Position numbers and translations under genes: made by a program | Shown: piece after piece, positions 41,210 through 50,567 of the stretch | How positions within the stretch are numbered: the first letter of the stretch is position 1 | How the letters are laid out: each line of letters starts with the position of its first letter | Assembly: GCA_963691875.1 (NCBI GenBank) | Contig: OY829846.1 | Location: 3,552,001-3,616,000, forward strand | Length of the DNA stretch: 64,000 nt | Direction of reading: 5' to 3' | DNA from: Aureliella sp. | Lineage (GTDB): Bacteria; Planctomycetota; Planctomycetia; Pirellulales; Pirellulaceae | Notes under the pieces: model-generated | Seen by the model: only the letters and a program-made list of their open reading frames with translations | Database searches by the model: none | What the model was told of the DNA's origin: nothing

Positions 41210-43804
41210 ATGCGCGATTTTGATTTCACCAGCTCGATATGGCTTCAAGCAGCTCTTCAGCCAAGACGCATCACCATTCTGATGCTTGCATTGCAGATTG
41301 CTGCCCTTGGCTCCCTGGCGCGAGGACAAGGTTTCGGAGGCATGCAAGGCGGCTTTGGCGGCGAGAAGTCGGTGACGGTCTCGGCTGAGCTCAAACTGAA
41401 CAAAGACGGCAAGACTGCACAACTCGCTGTCACCGCAAAGCTGGGTGCCGCGTACCACATCTACTCGATGACCCAGCCTCCAGGTGGTCCACTGCCAACC
41501 CGGATTTCTGTGCCAGACAAGCGTATCAAGATCACCTCTGAATTCACTCCCGATCGTAATCCGGAAGTGCACCAAGACGAAGCAGCTTTCCCGGGCATCG
41601 ACTTAGAAGAATTCTACGAGAGTGTGACATGGACGGCAAAAGTCGAATTAGTCGCGCCGTTTGCTGCCAGCGCAGATGACCTCAAGCTGAACATAGACGG
41701 ACTCGTGTGCAGCGGGGCATGCATTCCTTTCAACGAAGACGTCAAGGTTTCGGTGACAGGCGCAGGTGCCGCTGGAACCACGACACAAGAGACCAAGATA
41801 GATTCAACGCCCAAGGCTGGTGAGCTAACGCAAATCGACGAATCCGAGATGGCTCCTCCGAGCGCAGTTGCGGAAGTTCCGCCGCAATTCGGATTCGAAT
41901 CGTTCGGCACTGGCAACTCGGATACTGACTCAAGCGGAGAAACGCTCCGTGCCGGCAAGAGCCACGCCGTTTGGAGTGCAATGCTGGTGCCTGCATCGGT
42001 GAAAGCTGGAGCAACGGCCGTTATCGAACTGAAAGCTATCAATGATCCTGGATACCACGTCTATGACTTTCGTGGGGACGATGAGATCAACCTTCGAACA
42101 GTCATCATTGCCAACGAAAAGTCTGGACTTAAGGTGGGCACTCCCGTAACGAGCGCGCATCTCGAAGACGCTGGGCTCGGCGCGAAGTATCACGACGGAG
42201 AGGTGGTTTGGCAGATTCCAGTCCAAGTACCGGAAGGAACAAAAAACGGTGATTATCCGTTGGAGCTGCTAGTTCGTTTTAACACCTGCAACGCAAGTAG
42301 TTGTGACCCTCCACAAACAATTTCCGCCAGAGGAGCCTTGAAAGTTGGTAAAGCTGCGGAAACCGCAGTAGCGATGACGCTCAGTACGGCGGACAAAAAC
42401 GCAGCTGAAGACTCGCCAATTCTCGCAACCAGTTTTGATGCTGGTGTAGCATTACCTGCGGGTACCATTGTGCGATCAGGAACCACAGCTCCTGATTCCG
42501 CTGTCGATCTTGCTGCTGATGAGGACGCGGAAGCGGAAAGCGAAGATGATGAGTATTCATTCGCTTTTACCCTTGCCATTGCTTTAGTTGCTGGTTTCAT
42601 CCTGAATTTCATGCCCTGCGTACTTCCCGTACTGGGACTCAAGGTCATGAGTTTCGCCAATCAAGCTGGAAACAGTCACGCACGTGTGGTTGGACTGAAT
42701 CTCGCATATGTCGCCGGCATTCTTGCAGTGTTCCTAGTGCTAGCTGGACTGACGATTGGTGCCCAACAGATTACAGGCAGCGCCTTCGGTTGGGGCCAAC
42801 AATTCACCTATCTATGGTTCAAGGTTTTCCTCGCCTGCTTGATGTTTGCAATGGCTTTGAGCTTCCTCGGCGTTTGGGAAATTCCGATCCCTGGTTTTGC
42901 AACATCGAATAAGTCCTCCGAATTGATGGAGAAGGACGGAATGCTTGGAGCGTTTTTCAAAGGCGGCCTAACCACCGTTTTGGCAACGCCTTGTTCAGGT
43001 CCGCTGCTGGGTTGGGCTCTTGGAGCAAGCCTGACATTTAGCAGTACTCAGGTGCTACTTATGTATCTGACGATTGGCCTTGGGCTTTCCTCACCATTTA
43101 TCGTTCTTTGCTTCTATCCCAAGTTTGTCGAACAGTTGCCGAAACCTGGAGCTTGGATGGATACGCTAAAGCAAGTGCTGGCGTTTCCCTTGTTACTAAC
43201 TGCTGTCTTCTTCGTCCAAACCATTGAAGCGGATTGGCGTATTGCAACGCTTACAATGCTCATCTTTGTTTGGTTTGGCTGCTGGCTGATCGGCAAGGTT
43301 CCCGTTTACGAATCAGCTGACAAACGATTGAAGGCGTGGTCGAGTGCCATTGTGGCAACAGCATTGGGTGGTGTTATTGGATTTGGATTTATGGGCCCAA
43401 GCAACTCAGAGCTAGATTGGGTGCCTTACGACGAGGCCCAACTAAAACGTTTCCGCGCTGAAGGAAAAACGGTCATGCTCGACTTCACCGCTAATTGGTG
43501 TCTGAATTGCAAGTACAACACTCGCTACGCCATCGAAGTGCAGAATGTCGTTAGCAAGGTTGAGGAAAACAATGTTGTTACCATGCTGGCTGATTGGACT
43601 AGTCGGGATGAAGCTATTGGCGACAAACTGAAGGAGCTCAAAAGTAACTCAATTCCGTTAATGGCAATCTACCCTCCGGGCAGTGATAGCAAACCGATCA
43701 TCCTGCGTGATATTCTTAGCGAAAGCACTGTCCTAAAGGCCCTGGAGCAGGCAGGTCCCAGTGTCGGCTCCGAGCGACTTACCAGCGCTCCCATCAGTCC
43801 ATAG
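41210..43804 (+). CDS. DsbD family thiol:disulfide interchange protein (two N-terminal DsbD-like domains, TM domain, thioredoxin domain)
   Basis: YHIYS..CSGACIP and YHVY..CNASSCDPP; LNFMPCVLPV, ATPCSGP, PKPGAWM; DFTANWCLNC. Confidence 0.92.
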   Translation: MRDFDFTSSIWLQAALQPRRITILMLALQIAALGSLARGQGFGGMQGGFGGEKSVTVSAELKLNKDGKTAQLAVTAKLGAAYHIYSMTQPPGGPLPTRISVPDKRIKITSEFTPDRNPEVHQDEAAFPGIDLEEFYESVTWTAKVELVAPFAASADDLKLNIDGLVCSGACIPFNEDVKVSVTGAGAAGTTTQETKIDSTPKAGELTQIDESEMAPPSAVAEVPPQFGFESFGTGNSDTDSSGETLRAGKSHAVWSAMLVPASVKAGATAVIELKAINDPGYHVYDFRGDDEINLRTVIIANEKSGLKVGTPVTSAHLEDAGLGAKYHDGEVVWQIPVQVPEGTKNGDYPLELLVRFNTCNASSCDPPQTISARGALKVGKAAETAVAMTLSTADKNAAEDSPILATSFDAGVALPAGTIVRSGTTAPDSAVDLAADEDAEAESEDDEYSFAFTLAIALVAGFILNFMPCVLPVLGLKVMSFANQAGNSHARVVGLNLAYVAGILAVFLVLAGLTIGAQQITGSAFGWGQQFTYLWFKVFLACLMFAMALSFLGVWEIPIPGFATSNKSSELMEKDGMLGAFFKGGLTTVLATPCSGPLLGWALGASLTFSSTQVLLMYLTIGLGLSSPFIVLCFYPKFVEQLPKPGAWMDTLKQVLAFPLLLTAVFFVQTIEADWRIATLTMLIFVWFGCWLIGKVPVYESADKRLKAWSSAIVATALGGVIGFGFMGPSNSELDWVPYDEAQLKRFRAEGKTVMLDFTANWCLNCKYNTRYAIEVQNVVSKVEENNVVTMLADWTSRDEAIGDKLKELKSNSIPLMAIYPPGSDSKPIILRDILSESTVLKALEQAGPSVGSERLTSAPISP

Positions 43805-44117
43805 TGGCACCGTTCATGCATGGCGGTGTCAGGCAGAATCTGTTGCTTGAGGTCTCTGCCCGGCTATTCTGACGCTGGAACCGAGTTTCAGCAGTGGGGT
43901 GAGGAACCATGTTTTCAACACACTGTTCTGTAGTTTTTCAAAAGAAACAGCCTCGACGAAGAGCAGCATCAAGACTGGCTCTTGCGGTGCTTTCTCTTGC
44001 TCTGGCATTTTGGCTTTCCATTGATACGCAGTATATCTTCGCACAAGATAGCCCCCGGACGATAGGCCCGCGGTAAGGCGATACGAGACGCTTCTCCCAA
44101 TTCCACCGCAGGCTAAG

Positions 44118-44968
44118 GCTACAATAGACAAAACGCTAAAACATCTATTGTCGGGGCAACTTCCGGCGGGCGGTTTCCTGGTTTCTTTCCAATCGCTGAA
44201 ACATCCGTGGCTGGACTGGCACTTCTACGCGGCTACGATCAACAGCCACAGGACGCCTTCCTGAAAGGGCTGTGAGGCTTGCCTGAAATACCTATCACTC
44301 AATCAGAGAAACAATGGACTCTTAGCTGGCCAGAGTTCCATGCGTCGACCGAATTAGAACACCGGTGGAGTCGGATGCTCAAAGCGTTGCGACGCGGAGT
44401 CGATTGCATTGTTGAATGACAAAATGAGAAAGGCGGTAGGCGGTACAGGCTGGAGTCACTTGACGCTGATGCTTCCATTACGTCCTGCATAGCTTTGGAC
44501 CTCCCAGCCGCGGAAAAGGCAGGTCTGAAAGTCCCTACAGAATTCTTTCGAAAGAACATTATTATGCTTCGGATCTGCCAGCCAGAGAACAGCTCGTTTA
44601 CTTAGATTGTTCCGGTGAGCGGCAAGGGAGAATTGCCTCGTTCTGCTGCTGCAATGGCAGTACTCACAGCCTTGCAAGAAAGGGACCTGGTCAAGCAAGG
44701 CGACCTGTCCGCCTGAGAACAATACGTGCGCACTGCTGCCCTGGCAAATATAAAGAGCGGGCACTTGTGCTATGCCGACTACTATCGAAGCATAGGGCTG
44801 CGAAACGGCGCTTCAGAATCGTTTCAACTTTGGTACAGGAAGACCAGAATTCACTCATCGCAAAACAGTCGCCGAATGGAACCTGGCCAAGCAGCTCTGA
44901 CTGCTCCAATCTACACCACCGCATCAATTTGCTGAGCCTTGCTCTCTCCTCACCGAGTCGCCCTGTAG
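44118..44968 (+). pseudogene. Heavily decayed prenyltransferase/squalene-oxidase-repeat protein
   Basis: Manual translation: ATIDKTLKHLLSGQLPAGGF; TSVAGLALL; CLKYLSLNQRNNGLL; GVDCIVE*QNEKGGRRY..DADASIT..AAEKAGLKVP; LPRSAAA; GHLCYADYY; LIAKQSPNGTW; YTTASIC*ALLSP. Confidence 0.7.
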
Positions 44969-45620
44969 CACGACAAGAACCTGCTTCCTGTCTAAACTTG
45001 CTTAGTATCCTCCTACGTCGTCTAGTAAAGACCGAAGTTGGCAGCCGGTGCTGGAGCAGACGAAAGTACTGCTGTCTTTAAAAGCCCTTCCCAGATCGGC
45101 GGTCGAGAATAAAAAACCACCGGTCCAATTGGCGTGTTGATATCGGTAGAAGTACACAGATATCCAGCCCCGTGCTTTTCCTTTCGTTTTGCGACGATGA
45201 TAAAACACCAGACCAGCGACAACGCCAGAACATCAACGAAGATCGAGAAAAAGGGCTCCGAAGCCGGCGATGACTTTTTCGGATCCTAAGAAGTTCTTTA
45301 AGCTTTCCGCTTTGAGCTTTCCGTACAGCCGGCCTAACCATGTGAGGTGTTCCCGGGGCGAATGCAAAGAACCCGCGTCAGCTAATCTTCTTCGCGGACT
45401 CTCAACAAATTGTCCCCGACGAAATAAGCGAGATACCCATGTGGCTAGTGCTCAGTTTGGAGTTACTGAAAGAGAACACCTTGGAAAACACCCCACTAGA
45501 TTATCCATCCGTGTGGGAAGTCAAGATTCATCTCTGCCAAAGTGAGGGCCGAAAGGAAGAACTGAATACGATCTTCGATTCGGAGACAGAATTCTAACTC
45601 GAGGAGCGCTTCATCAAGGG

Positions 45621-46091
45621 TTAGCGGAACTTCATACTTGCTTCCACTGCCATCTCATCGCAGCGTTCGTTTTCAGGATGACCGCTGTGCCCTTTCACAT
45701 GGTGATAGTTCACTACGTGCTGCGAAGTAAGTTGGTCCAGCTCTTTCCAGAGCTCGACATTCTTAACAGGCTTCTTCTTTCCGCCTTCTTTTCGCATCCA
45801 GCCGTTCTTCTTCCATCCCTTAACCCAGCTGTTCAGCCCTTGGAGCACATAACTGCTATCGGAGTATAAGTCGACATGACACTTGCGTTTGAGAGAACGC
45901 AAGCCTTCTATAACGGCTTGCATCTCCATCCGATTGTTCGTCGATTCGACTTCACCGCCTGAGCCAGTCAGCTCTTTCTTGGTTCGAACGTCGCGTAAGA
46001 TAAAAGCCCAACCACCCGGCCCCGGATTGCCACTGCAGGCGCCGTCGGTATATAGCTCGACCTTACGAAGGGCAGGGGAGCCGACACTCAT
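45621..46091 (-). CDS. rnhA: Ribonuclease HI
   Basis: YTDGACSGNPGPGGW, STNNRME, SDSSY, PVKNVELW, VKGHSGHPENERCD. Confidence 0.98.
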   Translation of the reverse strand: MSVGSPALRKVELYTDGACSGNPGPGGWAFILRDVRTKKELTGSGGEVESTNNRMEMQAVIEGLRSLKRKCHVDLYSDSSYVLQGLNSWVKGWKKNGWMRKEGGKKKPVKNVELWKELDQLTSQHVVNYHHVKGHSGHPENERCDEMAVEASMKFR

Positions 46092-46164
46092 GCTTGGACC
46101 TTGGAAAATAGATAAGAGTAACCAGACTCGCGCTAAGTGCCGGTGATCATTTGGGACAATAGAC

Positions 46165-47331
46165 CTACTTTGGATTTGTCTGCTGGGAGACGCTGCGCAG
46201 TGCGTGATCCAAATCTTCTATCAAATCCTCGGGATCCTCAAGCCCTACGGATAGACGTATCAACCCATCCGAGATCCCCGCCACCTTACGCGCCTCGGCA
46301 TCATAGCTGGCATGCGACATTGATGCTGGTTGCTCAATGAGAGATTCCACGGCACCTAGGCTGACTGCTAGGTGAAATAACTTCGTCGACTTGACGATTT
46401 GCTTTGTCGCGTCAAAATCGCCCTTGGCTTCAAAAGTAATCATGCCGCCGAAGCCGCCCGTGAGCAATTTACTTGCGTTCCCATAGTCGCTGTGACTTGG
46501 CAAGCCTGGATAGAGAACTTCATTCACAAGTTCGTGCTGCTCCAAAAACTCTGAGATTTGGAGTGCTGAACTCGATTGAGCTCGAATCCGCAAATCCAGC
46601 GTCTTCAGTCCTCGACCGAGTAAAAACGAATCAAAGGGAGAAAGAACCGCTCCCGTAGCATTCTGTATAAAGTAGAGCCGGTCGAGCAATCCTTGCTCGC
46701 GAGCGACCAACACACCGGCCAAGCAATCACTGTGTCCCGCCAAATACTTGGTTGCCGAATGCATCACAATATCGACGCCAAACTCAAGGGGCCGCATCAA
46801 AACCGGAGTGGCAAAAGTGCTGTCGACCCCAACAAGCAGTTCGTGATCGTGAGCAACATCCACCAAGGCTGGCAGATCTGGAACAGTCAGCCGAGGATTT
46901 CCGATACCTTCCAGCCAGAGCATCTTCGTGTTCTCGCGGACATGGCTGCTGACAGAGTCTGGATCAGTTAAGTCAATCAAGCTGATTTCAATTCCAGCTT
47001 TGTCGCAGATCTCGTGAAAGAGTCGGTAACTGCCGCCATAGATGTCCATGCCAGCGAGCAAATGGTCGCCCGCGGAAAGCAACATTGTGGCGCAATGCGT
47101 GGCCGCCATACCAGAACTAAAGCATAGTGAGCCGCAACCACCCTCGAGTGAGGCAATCGTTTCCTGGACGGCAGTACGAGTCGGATTACCACTCCGAGAG
47201 TAATCAAAGGCGCCCCAGTCGCCCGCTCCAGGTTGCACGTAAGTGCTCGCCGTGTGAATCGGTTGCACTACGGCTCCTGTCTGAGGATCTGGTGGGTTTC
47301 CGACATGGATGGCCCGGGTTCGAAACTTCAC
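46165..47331 (-). CDS. Cys/Met metabolism PLP-dependent enzyme (cystathionine gamma-lyase/beta-lyase/gamma-synthase family)
   Basis: YSRSGNPTR, SSGMAA, DSTFATP, HSATKYLAGHSD, SLGAVESL, IRLSVGLE; start GTG 47331. Confidence 0.92.
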   Translation of the reverse strand: MKFRTRAIHVGNPPDPQTGAVVQPIHTASTYVQPGAGDWGAFDYSRSGNPTRTAVQETIASLEGGCGSLCFSSGMAATHCATMLLSAGDHLLAGMDIYGGSYRLFHEICDKAGIEISLIDLTDPDSVSSHVRENTKMLWLEGIGNPRLTVPDLPALVDVAHDHELLVGVDSTFATPVLMRPLEFGVDIVMHSATKYLAGHSDCLAGVLVAREQGLLDRLYFIQNATGAVLSPFDSFLLGRGLKTLDLRIRAQSSSALQISEFLEQHELVNEVLYPGLPSHSDYGNASKLLTGGFGGMITFEAKGDFDATKQIVKSTKLFHLAVSLGAVESLIEQPASMSHASYDAEARKVAGISDGLIRLSVGLEDPEDLIEDLDHALRSVSQQTNPK

Positions 47332-47528
47332 TTCTCTTGTTCCTTGTTTTGGCGAGCGCCAAGGCAAGACGGCGCCTGAGGCTAGCGTTCGAGCTAGGGG
47401 TTCTTGAATAATCACAACCCGAAGTATGAGCGAGGACGAGTCGCATTCTTAGCTTCGCTCACTCATCGGGTTATGAAAGAGTTCGCACCCAATCCTCGAG
47501 TCAAAAACGACTTGTACTTGACCAATCT

Positions 47529-48791
47529 CTAGCCTTCCAGGGCTTGCTTCAAGTCGCGTAACAGATCATCCGTGTTCTCGATGCCACAGGCCAATCGAAT
47601 CATGTTGTCAGGGATGCCGAACTTCGCACGATTCTCAGGTGTTTCCTGGTAGTAGCTCATCAGGAGTGGCTGCTCGATTAGCGTCTCGACACCGCCTAGG
47701 CTTGGACCGATCTTCGCGATCTCGGTCCTGTCTACAACAGCAGCCGTTTCCTGCCAAGTCGCGTCCTGAAGCAGAAACGTTACCAATCCACCAAAACCAG
47801 CCATCGAACTCGCTGCGATCTCATGCGTTGGATGTGATTTCAAGCCAGGATAGAAGACATGACCTACACGTGGGTGATCGGCCAAGAATTCCGCCAAGGC
47901 TTGACCGTTTTCGTTGTGCCGCTGCATACGCAACTCAAAAGTCTTGAGTCCACGCTGGAGCAAGTAGAGATTGTGCGGCGAGTTGACTCCGCCCATGATT
48001 CCACGCAGTTTTCGCACGTCGGCCAGTTTTTCTTCCGAACCAGTCAAACAACCAGCAAGCAGGTCGTTGTGCCCGCCAAGATACTTTGTCGCTGAATGAA
48101 GCACGTAGTCGACACCGAAGTCAAGCGGCTTGACGTTGTAAGGCGTTGCGAGCGTGGCGTCGATAAGCGTCTCGACTTCTCTCTCTTTTCCGAGTGCAAC
48201 AAACTGCTCCAGATCGACACATGTCAACTGAGGATTCGTGGGGGACTCGCTTACCAGCAGCTTGGTCCGATCAGTAATCGCGGCTTGCATCGCGTCGAAA
48301 TCGCCAGTTGGGACTTGATGCGTCACGACACCGTAGCGTGACAAGTGCTTGTAGCAGAATTCGCGACTGCGGTGATAACACTGATCGAAGAAAACGATCT
48401 CATCACCCGCGTTCAGCTTGGCCATAAAAAGCCCGACGATCGCCGCCATGCCACTTGAGTAGACGATCGAGTGTTCGCCACCGTCCAAAGCAGCTAATTT
48501 CGATTCGACAACTTTCTCGTTGGGATTCCCGTAACGACCGTACTCTTCCCGTTTCTCATCGTTTTCAATGAAATCGATGATGGACTGGGAGTCTTCGAAT
48601 GTGTAGGTGGAAGCACAAACAATCGAATCGGTAATTGCATCGGAAGGCTTCGTACGCGCCTCACCACCGTGAACGCTGATTGTAGAAGTACCTTTTTGCT
48701 CCAAGCTGAGCGGCTTCCGTTTAGCTCTGGCTGGAGTTGTGAACGATTCAGGTTCTGGATTCGAGGATTGCATTGTCGCTTGTGTACTCAT
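47529..48791 (-). CDS. metB: Cystathionine gamma-synthase-like PLP enzyme
   Basis: EYGRYGNP, SSGMAA, ESPTNP, HSATKYLGGHND, GPSLGGVETLIEQP..MSYY, IRLACGIE. Confidence 0.8.
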   Translation of the reverse strand: MSTQATMQSSNPEPESFTTPARAKRKPLSLEQKGTSTISVHGGEARTKPSDAITDSIVCASTYTFEDSQSIIDFIENDEKREEYGRYGNPNEKVVESKLAALDGGEHSIVYSSGMAAIVGLFMAKLNAGDEIVFFDQCYHRSREFCYKHLSRYGVVTHQVPTGDFDAMQAAITDRTKLLVSESPTNPQLTCVDLEQFVALGKEREVETLIDATLATPYNVKPLDFGVDYVLHSATKYLGGHNDLLAGCLTGSEEKLADVRKLRGIMGGVNSPHNLYLLQRGLKTFELRMQRHNENGQALAEFLADHPRVGHVFYPGLKSHPTHEIAASSMAGFGGLVTFLLQDATWQETAAVVDRTEIAKIGPSLGGVETLIEQPLLMSYYQETPENRAKFGIPDNMIRLACGIENTDDLLRDLKQALEG

Positions 48792-49051
48792 TAGTTCTTG
48801 CCAATTCGCCGCTCACGCCAGTCAGGCCGAGCAGAGTTCCTACCGCTGCGCATTCGCCCCGACACATTGAAATGCATTGCGGGGCTCCGATACGCTCTTA
48901 AAAGGGCATAAAAAAAGCCGCCAATCGTTGTGAATCGGCGGCTTTTGAAAGCTCGTACTTGGCAACACGGTAATTGACACTGATGGCAATTAAATCGCGT
49001 TAACTTTGGCTCTTTAGCAGTACAGGCTGCAAGCGGCCGCAAATCCCTCAC
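48791..49051 (-). CDS. Putative Cys-rich leader peptide (uORF)
   Basis: CHQCQLPCC cluster just before a terminator hairpin; its stop TAA overlaps the ATG of the metB-like gene. Confidence 0.4.
   Translation of the reverse strand: MRDLRPLAACTAKEPKLTRFNCHQCQLPCCQVRAFKSRRFTTIGGFFYALLRAYRSPAMHFNVSGRMRSGRNSARPDWRERRIGKN
48910..48946 (-). terminator. Intrinsic terminator/attenuator upstream of the metB-like operon
   Basis: Minus strand AAAAGCCGCCGATT-CACAAC-GATTGGCGGC-TTTTTTT. Confidence 0.8.
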
Positions 49052-49207
49052 GTCTTTACTCTAACCGTGGCCCGCTGCGATGGCAAGCGCAAGAATGTGC
49101 GTTTTCTAGACCATTGGAGACGATGTGCCTTTCGAATCTTCCGTCTTTGTGCGTCAGGCAAAACAATAGGGTATGCGCCTGCGCGAAGATGCCTTGCAAC
49201 ACGTCGA

Positions 49208-49858
49208 CTATGGGTTCGGGTTGACGGGAGCTGCACCAGCTGGGTTCTGCCCACCACCTGCCTTGGGCACTTGGAATCCTCGTATCGGACCACCACCTGC
49301 ATAGATGAGTGGTGCGGACTGCTGTCGCCCACTCGATTCTGCGCTTCGATCCCACGGTACCGTGTATGCCGCAAACATGCCGGATGTCGCGTCCGTTACG
49401 TAAACGAGGCAGCCGCCCGGTCGAGCATTGCCCGAAGAAACTCGCGAAGCGGACCGACCGGTGACCATCATGAACTCCGCATTCTTGCCTCCTGCACCAA
49501 ACTGTGCGGAGATGTTCGCACCAAACTGAGCACCAAATGTACGCTGCCGCGGATAGTAAACCAAACACCTAAGATCACCTGTGACGTGATCCAGGAAGAA
49601 GACGCCCTCTGCATTATCGCTGATCTGACCAGTCGCTACGGACATCGTGTCGGAAGAAGCTGCCGTAGCTGCAAGAGCCGTTGGAATCGCAACTTGCTTT
49701 TCCTCGTGGCGCGAGCCGAGCCAAAATCCTGCCGTCGTCGCTAGGCAGGTAAACATGCAAGCAAGTGCAAGGTGCATTCCTGTAAGCCCAGTCCGTGGCA
49801 AAGTCGCCGTGCTTGAAGAGCTTACAGATCGCGTTTTGCTAGCAACAGAAAATCTCAT
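49208..49858 (-). CDS. Hypothetical membrane-anchored protein
   Basis: GGAG RBS, N-terminal TM segment, FLDHVTGDLRC, YVTDATSG; 216 aa. Confidence 0.8.
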   Translation of the reverse strand: MRFSVASKTRSVSSSSTATLPRTGLTGMHLALACMFTCLATTAGFWLGSRHEEKQVAIPTALAATAASSDTMSVATGQISDNAEGVFFLDHVTGDLRCLVYYPRQRTFGAQFGANISAQFGAGGKNAEFMMVTGRSASRVSSGNARPGGCLVYVTDATSGMFAAYTVPWDRSAESSGRQQSAPLIYAGGGPIRGFQVPKAGGGQNPAGAAPVNPNP

Positions 49859-49955
49859 GTCCGTTTCTCCGCTGAAGGAATACTTTCGCGAAGTATAGAT
49901 TTTTCAGTCCTTAGGAGTCACCAGCAATTTCACTCTTCCAATAGACGAAGTCCGG

Positions 49956-50417
49956 CTAGATGCTGCCTTGCAGCGAAGCAGCGTCAAAGACTTGAAGGAA
50001 GTGAGTAATCTTCTGGCCACTGAAACGATAACGCTGCAACCGAGTCATTTGATATTCTTGTTTCGCCTCGCGCAGCTTGACTCGCTCACTTCCCACCGCG
50101 ACAACGGTATCGCCTTGCCCTATGACATCTTCAATCTGAGGACTCTGCGAATCGAGTTGTCCGAAATTGTGCTGCACTAATTCTTCTGCAGCAGTTCGCC
50201 CTTTCGCCCTACCGCTGAAAGGCACTTCCTTAGGGCCAGCAATCTCAAACTCTACGTCCTCCGGCAAGATGGCCTAAAATCCTGCGATGTCTCCCGCCAA
50301 GATGGCTGAGTACAGCTCCTGCACTCGCTGAACGTTCTGTCTTTCGCGAGCCTTCGAATCGAGCTGCTCATCGCCTCATTCGAAACTACTCGTAATATTG
50401 GCAATAAATCCGTGCAT
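49956..50417 (-). pseudogene. SnoaL-like/NTF2 (ketosteroid isomerase-like) protein with two in-frame stops
   Basis: GGAGGA-N5-ATG at 50417; MHGFIANITSSFE*GDEQLDSKARERQNVQRVQELYSAILAGDIAGF*AILPEDVEFEIAGP...VIGQGDTVVAVG; TGA 50376-50378, TAG 50274-50276. Confidence 0.8.
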
Positions 50418-50567
50418 AGGATTCCTCCATCAAATGACACAAAGCCGATCAAACGCTTCAACTTACGCGCTCGCGAAGCCTCGGTGGCCAAGCATGTCGC
50501 AATTACAATGGAGTCACGGACCTCGGTTTACTTCATGCCTTTCTTACCCTCTTTGGACTGACAGCTG

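Noticed and set aside
45000..45600. Short ORFs between the prenyltransferase fossil and rnhA
   Set aside because: No motifs, RBS or consistent frame; possibly further decayed sequence but unassignable.
48800..49200. SAM riboswitch upstream of the metB-like gene
   Set aside because: No recognisable SAM-I (ATC...GAT P1, GCAACC) or SAM-II core; a covariance search would be needed to exclude rarer classes.
50376..50378. Selenocysteine TGA in the SnoaL-like gene (also TGAs at 44417 and 39303)
   Set aside because: These are not at catalytic Cys positions, no SECIS-like hairpin was recognised, and other stops disrupt the same genes.
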